Shown in pieces: positions 15,715 to 23,641 of a stretch of 36,294 nucleotides of DNA. The notes beneath the pieces were generated by a model. It had not been told where the DNA came from and did no database searches. It saw only the letters and a program-made list of their open reading frames with translations. The DNA is from Patescibacteria group bacterium. GTDB taxonomy: Bacteria; Patescibacteriota; Minisyncoccia; Phycocordibacterales; UBA918. Within the stretch, counting starts at the first letter, position 1; each line of letters begins with the position of its first letter. The position numbers and the translations under genes were made by a program. The stretch covers positions 1 through 36,294 of the forward strand of contig WFTF01000031.1 of assembly GCA_015485575.1 (NCBI GenBank), read 5' to 3'.

Positions 15715-16317
15715 CTACCCACCTGTCTTTTCACTGGTTGCATGAAATTGATTGTAGAGCCATTCCCTTAGAATCTCATTTAACCCTTCCTCCAACAAAG
15801 GAGAGGTGGGTGTGGTGGTGGCAAGCCGAGTCCATAGTGGATAAAATTGTGTTGCCAATACCGAATCCTTGAAGACCGTGTTGCAAGTGTCAAAAATATA
15901 TGACTCTCCGTTATAGACCAAATTATACATATAGTTTGTGTCATATATTCTCGAACAGGCGCCAAAAGACCGCTTCTCAAGTGCGCGTAAATCTACCGCT
16001 GCAATATATGTCAGCAAGCTGTCAAATCGATCTTTACCCAATCTTCCCTCTACCACCTCTTGTCTGCCATTTTTAACATATGTTGCAATATAGGTATAAG
16101 TGCGGTCACTACGTAACTCAAAAGACGGACACACTGAATCACCCCTGTTACACTCTCCTCGCTGTGCTCCGCGCAAAAGAAAATCTATCTGTGTTTCATC
16201 GCCATCAAAACGTACTTGTGAGTAGTTTGGAACAAAAACAGTGATATACAAGTATGCACCCACAAAAACCCCCATCAAAAACGTTGAGCCAAGCACAGTG
16301 TATGTCTTTAAGTCCAT
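15715..16317 (-). CDS. hypothetical N-terminally anchored protein
   Basis: I placed the start at MDLKTYTVLGSTFLMGVFVGAYLYITVF (TM helix). The soluble domain has several Cys residues. No recognisable domain. Confidence 0.7.
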   Translation of the reverse strand: MDLKTYTVLGSTFLMGVFVGAYLYITVFVPNYSQVRFDGDETQIDFLLRGAQRGECNRGDSVCPSFELRSDRTYTYIATYVKNGRQEVVEGRLGKDRFDSLLTYIAAVDLRALEKRSFGACSRIYDTNYMYNLVYNGESYIFDTCNTVFKDSVLATQFYPLWTRLATTTPTSPLLEEGLNEILREWLYNQFHATSEKTGG

Positions 16318-16385
16318 AGTATTGTATAGTATAGCAATATTTCTTGTCTTCAAGGTGCATTATGCGGTATGATACTGACCACACT

Positions 16386-16410
16386 GGAGAAGTGACTGAG
16401 TGGATAAAAT
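16386..16410 (+). pseudogene. 5' fragment of a decayed class-II (Ser-type) tRNA
   Basis: GGAGAAG-TG-ACTGAGTGGATAAAAT resembles the acceptor 5' strand, U8/G9 and the D-arm GAGTGG of bacterial tRNA-Ser. No matching anticodon arm follows. Confidence 0.4.
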
Positions 16411-16465
16411 GTATGGAGTACAATTTATCCGAAGGAGGACTTTAGGCTCACATAAAATCCAGAGC

Positions 16466-16552
16466 GGAGAGATGGCAGAGTGGTCGATCGCGCATCCTTG
16501 GAAAGGATGTATACGGGAAACCGTATCGGGGGTTCGAATCCCCCTCTCTCCG
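16466..16552 (+). tRNA. tRNA-Ser (anticodon GGA), class II with a long variable arm
   Basis: Hand fold: acceptor GGAGAGA/TCTCTCC; anticodon stem CATCC/GGATG with loop TTGGAAA; variable arm ATACGG-GAAA-CCGTAT; T arm GGGGG-TTCGAAT-CCCCC; discriminator G. CC is encoded but the terminal A is not. There is one A-C mismatch in the 3-bp D stem. Confidence 0.93.
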
Positions 16553-16645
16553 CCCTGGATTTTATTGCATGACATCGAAGGGGTTGCCTGATATTTTATG
16601 AGCAAGGCAAAATAAAATAGCGACAACCTGTACTGAACATGTAAT

Positions 16646-16668
16646 GTTTGAATCCTGCCTTCTCCGCA
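16646..16668 (+). pseudogene. 3' fragment of a decayed Ser-type tRNA (T-loop, T-stem 3' strand, acceptor 3' strand)
   Basis: G-TTTGAAT-CCTGC-CTTCTCC-G-CA. CTTCTCC is the exact complement of GGAGAAG at 16386-16392. The expected T-stem 5' strand (TAATG) does not pair with CCTGC. Confidence 0.4.
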
Positions 16669-16694
16669 AATTGAAACTACTCACGCTGAGTGCG

Positions 16695-16716
16695 TGAACA
16701 TACCATGGTATGTTCA
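16695..16716. repeat. perfect 22-bp palindrome TGAACATACCATGGTATGTTCA
   Basis: Read directly from the sequence. It is preceded by an overlapping hairpin TCACGC-TGAGT-GCGTGA (16681-16697) and followed by TGCGC-GAA-GCGCA (16735-16747). Confidence 0.6.
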
Positions 16717-16882
16717 TTCGTTCTCGTAAAAGGTTTGCGCGAAGCGCACAATCTCACCGCTTTGATTTTGAGGTATATATCATTGAAGTGGATGTGCGAC
16801 AATCGGTGCTAAGGAGAACCTCCATTCCACCGGCGGAAACGCGAAAAGATGACCTATATTACTTTTTGGTAACAAAGGTATG

Positions 16883-16916
16883 AAAAAGCATCCCGCTGTT
16901 TTTGAGAAACAGCGGG
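16883..16916 (-). terminator. intrinsic terminator of the 261-aa gene
   Basis: CCCGCTGTTT (16892-16901), loop TTGAG, AAACAGCGGG (16907-16916). On the reverse strand the hairpin is followed by ATGCTTTTT. Confidence 0.6.
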
Positions 16917-16947
16917 TGCGTATGATGCCAAAATCAGAAGCAAAATC

Positions 16948-17700
16948 CTATTTCATCTCAATAGTCCACGGACCACCGGCAGTGACTACGAACACATAAT
17001 TGTCACTAAATACGTTCTCATATTCAACGTCAGCTTCCACAGGACCAAGATCATTCACCAGATATCGTGTACTGTTGCCATTTTGATCCATCAATGTAAT
17101 AGAAAAGTTACTGTTACCGGAGTACGTTGCGCGAAAGGCAATGAGCCCCTCCTCTAGGAAAAACGTATCTGTCACCGTATCTCCGGTACCCTCAAATGTC
17201 GTTGGAGTCTCTGCGGGTTCCAACTGTTTTTCCGGTTGAGAAATGTCAATCTCCCAACGTCCGCCGTCCACTTTGATGAAATAATCGGTTTTATCTGCCT
17301 TAAACGCAATCTCCCCGTTGTACGATTCTGCAGCTGCATACGCAACGCTGCGGTATGCGCCCGTGTACCCTTCTCCCGAATCTATTGCACCATTTTCATT
17401 TTCATCTTTCAGTACTTCAAACGAAAATGTATCATTCGGTCCGGTCAGGTTTTTAGCGCGTATAATGGTCAATCCTTCCCGAAGGGATATGGGTCCCAGC
17501 ATCTGTATCCCCTCCCCTTCATAGACATAGGTGCCATTACGTGTGTCAGTGCTACCTGCAACTGTGTCCCCACGTTCAACACTTTCAGTTTCGGCACTCT
17601 GTTGTGGCATCTGGACGGATTGCTCCTGCCCCAATGATGCACCAAGCGCTATTCCAACTACAAACGTGATCGCACTGATGATTACTATTTTTGCATTCAT
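16948..17700 (-). CDS. N-terminally anchored hypothetical protein with two related ~90-aa domains
   Basis: I placed the start at MNAKIVIISAITFVVGIALGASLG. Unit 1 is GEGIQMLGPISLREGLTIIRAKNLTGPNDTFSF...YFIKVDGGRWEIDI. It parallels unit 2, GTGDTVTDTFFLEEGLIAFRATYSGNSNFSI...YVFVVTAGGPWTIEM. Confidence 0.75.
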   Translation of the reverse strand: MNAKIVIISAITFVVGIALGASLGQEQSVQMPQQSAETESVERGDTVAGSTDTRNGTYVYEGEGIQMLGPISLREGLTIIRAKNLTGPNDTFSFEVLKDENENGAIDSGEGYTGAYRSVAYAAAESYNGEIAFKADKTDYFIKVDGGRWEIDISQPEKQLEPAETPTTFEGTGDTVTDTFFLEEGLIAFRATYSGNSNFSITLMDQNGNSTRYLVNDLGPVEADVEYENVFSDNYVFVVTAGGPWTIEMK

Positions 17701-17851
17701 AGTACATGATAGTTTAGATGCTAATATATCCACACCTTAACATAAAATACATTGCCAATAAAACACATAAAAGCGCTTCAAAAACACTTTGTCAGATAAG
17801 CAAATAGCGTATAATGACAAAATTAATCAATATCATAGGAGGATATACATA

Positions 17852-18190
17852 ATGAAAACCATATACACAATTCCAATCACAGTTGTCTTGAGTTTTATGT
17901 TCTTTTCACCGCAGGCACAAGCGGCAGAGTTAAAACAGCTGGCCGAACAGCTTGTCAATCTCACCGTGAAGGAAGTGACAATACCACAGCCGAATGATTG
18001 CAAAGAAAACCTATCAAAATGTATTAAGCAAATACAGGGTGTTGAGAAAACAGATATCCGGCGCAGTATGCCACTCTTCAAAAAGCTGATGCAGCAGCAA
18101 CACGAGCATCTAAATGAGCAATTGCGTGGTATCCGAGAGGGTGGCAGGACAGTAGGAGCGGGACAAGTGATGGAAACGGCACAACGATAG
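17852..18190 (+). CDS. small secreted alpha-helical hypothetical protein (112 aa)
   Basis: A strong AGGAGG at 17837-17842 sits 9 nt before the ATG. The signal peptide is MKTIYTIPITVVLSFMFFSPQAQA/AEL. The ORF-track start at 17789 lacks these signals. Confidence 0.7.
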   Translation: MKTIYTIPITVVLSFMFFSPQAQAAELKQLAEQLVNLTVKEVTIPQPNDCKENLSKCIKQIQGVEKTDIRRSMPLFKKLMQQQHEHLNEQLRGIREGGRTVGAGQVMETAQR

Positions 18191-18210
18191 ACGAAAAACT
18201 CTGTATATCA

Positions 18211-18244
18211 AAAACAAATCCGCACTTTTGTGCAGATTTGTTTT
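18211..18244. terminator. bidirectional terminator between convergent genes
   Basis: AAAACAAATCCGCAC (18211-18225), loop TTTT, GTGCAGATTTGTTTT (18230-18244). There is one mismatch or G-U position. Confidence 0.65.
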
Positions 18245-18253
18245 ATATATCTC

Positions 18254-19159
18254 CTATACATCCATTGCACGCAATTTTGCAATACGATCCGCAGCAGGTG
18301 GATGTGTCTGGAATAATCCCCCGATACGTTGCGCAATAGTTCGTTTTTGCGTACCCGCAAAGGGATCGGATATAAATAAATGTGCAGTTGCGTGCGACGC
18401 TTTTTGCATGGGACGTGACGATCCGGAAATCTTCTCCAAGGCGGATGCAAGTCCCTCAGGATAACGTGTTAAGAGCGCTCCTGTGGCGTCCGCAAGATAC
18501 TCCCGTTTGCGCGAGACTGCCATTTGTATCAACTGTGCTGCAAGTGGTGCCAAAATAATACCGACAACGGTCAGAATAAGTACAATAACACCCACTCTAC
18601 TGTCTCGATCCCGTCCACCACCCCAAAACATGGATTGCAATAAAATATCTGAGATGATGGCGATAAAGCCCGCAAGCACCACCGCCACTGTCATCACCAA
18701 CATATCACGGTTGCCGATATGTGCCATTTCATGCGCAATCACCCCTTCCAGCTCACTTCGGTTGAGAATCTGCAACAAACCTGTGGTGACCGCCACAACC
18801 GCACGATCGGGGCTACGTCCGGTTGCGAAAGCGTTTGGCGCGGGATCGTCCACTATATACACTTTAGGCATTGGCAACCCTGCGGTAATGGAAAGATTTT
18901 CCACAATATTATAGAGCTCTCTGTTTTGTTCCAGCGTTGCCGGCTTTGCATTGGTCATCCTCAAGACGATTTTGTCAGAAAACCAATAACTTCCCACATT
19001 CATAACCAGTGCAAAGAGTACCGCCACATACAGGAGTGCAGGTGTCTGCAGATACCATGCAACCGCATACCCTACAGCAATCACCAGTGCAAAGAACATG
19101 GCCATCAAAAACCACGTTTTTGCGATATTTTGAGACTGTTGTGTATAGAGTGTCGCCAT
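18254..19159 (-). CDS. htpX: M48-family zinc metalloprotease HtpX
   Basis: The HEMAHIGNRD zinc motif is present, with four TM helices arranged two and two around the protease domain. The adjacent lemA is a common gene pairing. Confidence 0.92.
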   Translation of the reverse strand: MATLYTQQSQNIAKTWFLMAMFFALVIAVGYAVAWYLQTPALLYVAVLFALVMNVGSYWFSDKIVLRMTNAKPATLEQNRELYNIVENLSITAGLPMPKVYIVDDPAPNAFATGRSPDRAVVAVTTGLLQILNRSELEGVIAHEMAHIGNRDMLVMTVAVVLAGFIAIISDILLQSMFWGGGRDRDSRVGVIVLILTVVGIILAPLAAQLIQMAVSRKREYLADATGALLTRYPEGLASALEKISGSSRPMQKASHATAHLFISDPFAGTQKRTIAQRIGGLFQTHPPAADRIAKLRAMDV

Positions 19160-19247
19160 ACTTTATTATGTAACAATACCGAGAAACACAGTAAAAATAA
19201 AAGATACAGGCACGAACCGTTGGACTGCACAACGGAACGCCGTTCTT

Positions 19248-19832
19248 TTAGAATTGGACCTTGATCGGTTCTTTTTCTACCGAATCTTCTTCCAACTCAA
19301 AGTATTCCATTTCTTTGAAGCCGAACATGTTGCCGATAATGTTTGATGGGAAAGACTGTAGCCTGATGGCAAGATCACGAACATTTCCGTTGTAGAAGCG
19401 GCGAGCGGCCTGAATTTTATTCTCAGTATCAGAAAGCTCGGTCTGCAGTTGCGCAAAATTCTGATTCGCCTTGAGATCCGGATACGCCTCGGCAATTGCC
19501 AGTAACTTACCCAGCGCACCTCCCAGTGCCGACTCCGCTCCCGCTATGGCCTGGATCTGTTCAGGGGTGATGTTTGAAGGATCAACATTCATCTGTGTCG
19601 CTTTCGCACGTGCTGCGGTCACCTCTTCAAACACCCCCCGCTCATGCGCTGCATATCCTTTTACCGTTTCAATGAGGTTGGGGATCAAGTCATAACGACG
19701 CTTCAGTTGCACATCAATATCCGCCCACGCCTCCTTTGCACGTTGTGTTAAGCGCACAAAACTGTTGTAGACGGCAATGGTATACACCACAAGCACCGCA
19801 ATCACCCCTACAATAATCCAAAGTGTCGTCAT
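19248..19832 (-). CDS. lemA: LemA family membrane protein
   Basis: An N-terminal TM helix is followed by YNSFVRLTQRAKEAWADIDVQLKRRYDLIPNLIETVKGYAAHE, the LemA signature. Confidence 0.92.
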   Translation of the reverse strand: MTTLWIIVGVIAVLVVYTIAVYNSFVRLTQRAKEAWADIDVQLKRRYDLIPNLIETVKGYAAHERGVFEEVTAARAKATQMNVDPSNITPEQIQAIAGAESALGGALGKLLAIAEAYPDLKANQNFAQLQTELSDTENKIQAARRFYNGNVRDLAIRLQSFPSNIIGNMFGFKEMEYFELEEDSVEKEPIKVQF

Positions 19833-19869
19833 AATATCTCAACTACTTACATACCGTTAAATCCTCTAT

Positions 19870-19878
19870 ATAATAGCA
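19870..19878 (-). promoter_or_regulatory. possible extended -10 element TGCTATTAT upstream of lemA
   Basis: The reverse strand reads TGC-TATTAT, 37 nt upstream of the lemA ATG. No convincing -35 is present. Confidence 0.3.
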
Positions 19879-19934
19879 CATTCTTTGAAGAGGTGTAGAG
19901 CGCGATTGCTATTCGCGCCCAACGAGCAAACCAC

Positions 19935-19962
19935 AAAAGACACGGATCATCAGATCCGTGTC
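19935..19962 (-). terminator. intrinsic terminator overlapping the last codons of the 212-aa gene
   Basis: GACACGGATC (19939-19948), loop ATCA, GATCCGTGTC (19953-19962). This is a 10-bp perfect stem, followed by TTTT on the reverse strand (19938-19935). Confidence 0.6.
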
Positions 19963-20588
19963 CTTATATCATCCCATGCGAGATAGATACTTTTCAGATA
20001 CTCATTCAAAAAATCCGAAGATTCACGAAACAACAATCGTGCCCGAACCGGAGACGCAGATTGTGCAATAAGACTGTTGCGACGCTGTGGAGTAATCAGT
20101 TGATGATACTCCGCGAGCATCATACAAAACGCCTGATCCCACGCCGGCGGAAAACCTGAAAATGCGAGGTAAGACCCGTCAGACAGCTGTATTCCACCCC
20201 CATAAATAGGCGGTTCTCCAGTTGGATCTGCCACTTTTTCACTGAGTATCACGCCATGTAACACCATGGCGGCATTCTTGTTCTGTGCGTTGGTGGTGAA
20301 GCGTTCCGCATCCTGCGCTGAGACAGTACCGAGCACCTCCAGGCATCTCTGGTCACCCGAACACCACGCGAGCGCCCCACCGGTGCGTATATCTTCCTCT
20401 GTGCTTACCAACTCCTCCGCAAACACACCTACCACCTTGGAAGCAAGGGTGAATAAATGGTCCGGCACAGACTTTGCTGCATACATCGGCCACTCCTTTT
20501 GTTTGGTACATTCCTCTCTTTTCATATCATATTGTCCGTAAAATACAACACTTTTTTCCGTGTAGAATGCGCTTGTCCAACTGCACAT
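19950..20588 (-). CDS. cytoplasmic hypothetical protein (start uncertain; Met22 at 20525 is possible)
   Basis: No signal peptide or TM helix. IYGGGIQLSDGSYLAFSGFPPAWDQAF faintly resembles the GGG...G..SG...D..A motif of GlcG/DUF336 proteins; this is a weak memory-based resemblance only. The groEL terminator abuts the 20588 start. Confidence 0.6.
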   Translation of the reverse strand: MCSWTSAFYTEKSVVFYGQYDMKREECTKQKEWPMYAAKSVPDHLFTLASKVVGVFAEELVSTEEDIRTGGALAWCSGDQRCLEVLGTVSAQDAERFTTNAQNKNAAMVLHGVILSEKVADPTGEPPIYGGGIQLSDGSYLAFSGFPPAWDQAFCMMLAEYHQLITPQRRNSLIAQSASPVRARLLFRESSDFLNEYLKSIYLAWDDIRTRI

Positions 20589-20590
20589 AC

Positions 20591-20622
20591 AAAAAACCTT
20601 TCTTTCAAAAGAAAGGTTTTTT
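20591..20622. terminator. palindromic intrinsic terminator downstream of groEL
   Basis: AAAAAACCTTTCTTTCAAAAGAAAGGTTTTTT is a near-perfect palindrome with A and T runs on both sides. Confidence 0.7.
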
Positions 20623-20647
20623 GTATGCTATGAGGTGCGAACGATAA

Positions 20648-22348
<1,701 letters not shown>

Positions 22349-22376
22349 TTACACAAACTGCTGATAATGAAAACTA

Positions 22377-22691
22377 TTATGATCCGATAACCGCTAATAC
22401 GCTACTTTCACTTACGATGTAGTAAGATTTGTCATCAACTTTCACTTCATCGTATCCATACTTGGAGTAGACCACGCGATCACCGACCTTCACTTCCATA
22501 GGAATACGCTTTTCTCCGTCTTCATCCCATTTTCCCGCGCCGACGGCTACCACGATTCCTTCACCTGCCTCGTCCTTCTTCGCAGAATCGGGAATAATAA
22601 TGCCTGATGCTGACACCGTCCCTGCTTCCTCCTCAGTCAATGGCCGCACCACAACCCGATCTGCAAGAGGTGTAATGTTTACTTCTGACAT
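22377..22691 (-). CDS. groES: co-chaperonin GroES (Cpn10)
   Basis: ITPLADRVVVRPLTEEE, GIIIPDSAKK and GDRVVYSKYG are present. The gene sits directly upstream of groEL. Confidence 0.95.
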   Translation of the reverse strand: MSEVNITPLADRVVVRPLTEEEAGTVSASGIIIPDSAKKDEAGEGIVVAVGAGKWDEDGEKRIPMEVKVGDRVVYSKYGYDEVKVDDKSYYIVSESSVLAVIGS

Positions 22692-22746
22692 ATATTATTG
22701 AATGAAAGTTAAATACCTAATACCTGTAATTGCAAGTGTAATCACC

Positions 22747-22792
22747 TGTGCGCATGCATAATAGCTACATACACATGCGCCACACACATGCG
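22747..22792 (-). promoter_or_regulatory. CGCATG-core repeats in the groES leader (candidate operator; not CIRCE)
   Basis: On the forward strand, ACACATGCG occurs at 22771-22779 and 22784-22792 (13-nt period). An inverted partial copy TGTGCGCATG lies at 22747-22756. The repeats start about at the predicted +1 of the groES promoter. Confidence 0.35.
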
Positions 22793-22797
22793 TGCGT

Positions 22798-22825
22798 ATT
22801 ATAAAGTACTGTGGTAATCTGTCAA
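22798..22825 (-). promoter_or_regulatory. consensus sigma70 promoter TTGACA-N16-TATAAT of groES-groEL
   Basis: On the reverse strand, -35 is at 22825-22820 and -10 at 22803-22798. Both hexamers match the consensus exactly. The predicted leader to the groES ATG is ~100 nt. Confidence 0.6.
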
Positions 22826-22861
22826 AAGAAATCAGTAAATAATCACTTGAGGAGGTGTCTC

Positions 22862-23170
22862 ATGGCATCAAAGTTCAAAAAATGGGATGCGGTACAGACG
22901 GTGCAAGAAAAAGATATTCGTTTTCTGCTGCAGATAGGCGGAAAAAATGTTTCAGTAAAAAGGTATGTTCCAAAAAATGCAGTGGGGAGGATTTGTCAGG
23001 CATATGAGGACGGTACGTTTTTGGTGCATTTCTCCTCCAATCTGCATGACATGCGTCACATCTTTTCACCTGACGAGCTGCAACCTTATAACGGGCCGGT
23101 GCCCGGGGAAATCAGTTTCCCTCCCGGGATGGATTACGATGATCCCGGCTGGTCGATAGATGAGAATTGA
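22862..23170 (+). CDS. small cytoplasmic hypothetical protein (102 aa)
   Basis: GAGGAGG lies 7 nt upstream of the ATG at 22862 (MASKFKKWDAV). A strong terminator follows. The GTG at 22811 in the ORF track lacks an RBS. Confidence 0.65.
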   Translation: MASKFKKWDAVQTVQEKDIRFLLQIGGKNVSVKRYVPKNAVGRICQAYEDGTFLVHFSSNLHDMRHIFSPDELQPYNGPVPGEISFPPGMDYDDPGWSIDEN

Positions 23171-23185
23171 AAATTTGTCAATGTG

Positions 23186-23211
23186 CTCCGCGCCGAAGGC
23201 GCGGAGTTTTT
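23186..23211 (+). terminator. strong intrinsic terminator
   Basis: CTCCGCGCC, loop GAA, GGCGCGGAG, followed by TTTTT. Confidence 0.8.
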
Positions 23212-23273
23212 CGTCTCTCATACTTTCATTCATCACGGAAAAATGTTTCATAAGTGAATTCAAACACAAACGC

Positions 23274-23302
23274 TTGATTCACAGACGCCTTTCTGCTATT
23301 AT
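23274..23302 (+). promoter_or_regulatory. promoter TTGATT-N17-TATTAT with TGc extended -10, upstream of secG
   Basis: -35 at 23274-23279 and -10 at 23297-23302. Only 9 nt separate the -10 from the ATG at 23312, and there is no Shine-Dalgarno. Confidence 0.45.
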
Positions 23303-23311
23303 CGGACTCAC

Positions 23312-23554
23312 ATGGAATTTATACAGAACGTAGTGCTTCCCGTACTGCCATACGTACAAATCATTCTCTCTATTCTACTGGTCGCAGCGATACTGCTTCA
23401 GCAGCGTGGATCGAGCTTGGGTGGTGCATTCGGAGGCGATAACTTTAGTGCAACTTTTCACAAACGACGAGGGGGTGAACTTTTCCTGTTTAAGGCGACT
23501 ATTGTCTTGTCAGTGCTCTTTGTCGCCAGTGCGATCCTTACGGTTATTTTCTAG
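23312..23554 (+). CDS. secG: preprotein translocase subunit SecG
   Basis: 80 aa with two TM helices. ILLVAAILLQQRGSSLGGAFGG is the characteristic SecG loop. Confidence 0.85.
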   Translation: MEFIQNVVLPVLPYVQIILSILLVAAILLQQRGSSLGGAFGGDNFSATFHKRRGGELFLFKATIVLSVLFVASAILTVIF

Positions 23555-23641
23555 GCAAAAAATTATTTGATTGTTTATCTTATTGCAGTGCATAAACACA
23601 GTATGTACAAACATATGTGTGTCACCTGCGTCTTTCCATTC

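Noticed and set aside
16360-16626. An 88-aa reverse-strand ORF and a 63-aa forward ORF over the tRNA locus
   Set aside because: Both overlap the well-folded tRNA-Ser gene. These are artefactual ORFs.
16386-16668. The tRNA-like 5' and 3' ends 283 nt apart could be a tmRNA
   Set aside because: Acceptor pair 3:70 is A:U rather than the G:U alanine identity element. No tag-peptide reading frame ending in a typical ...ALAA was seen. A complete, canonical tRNA-Ser occupies the middle.
16553-18190. An integrated mobile element or prophage remnant downstream of the tRNA gene
   Set aside because: No integrase, recombinase, transposase or phage-like gene is present. Only two small hypothetical secreted proteins precede ordinary htpX-lemA. 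Only the short tRNA-like scars are retained, as a finding.
22692-22797. A CIRCE (HrcA) operator upstream of groES
   Set aside because: I searched the leader by eye on both strands for TTAGCACTC-N9-GAGTGCTAA and close variants. None is present.
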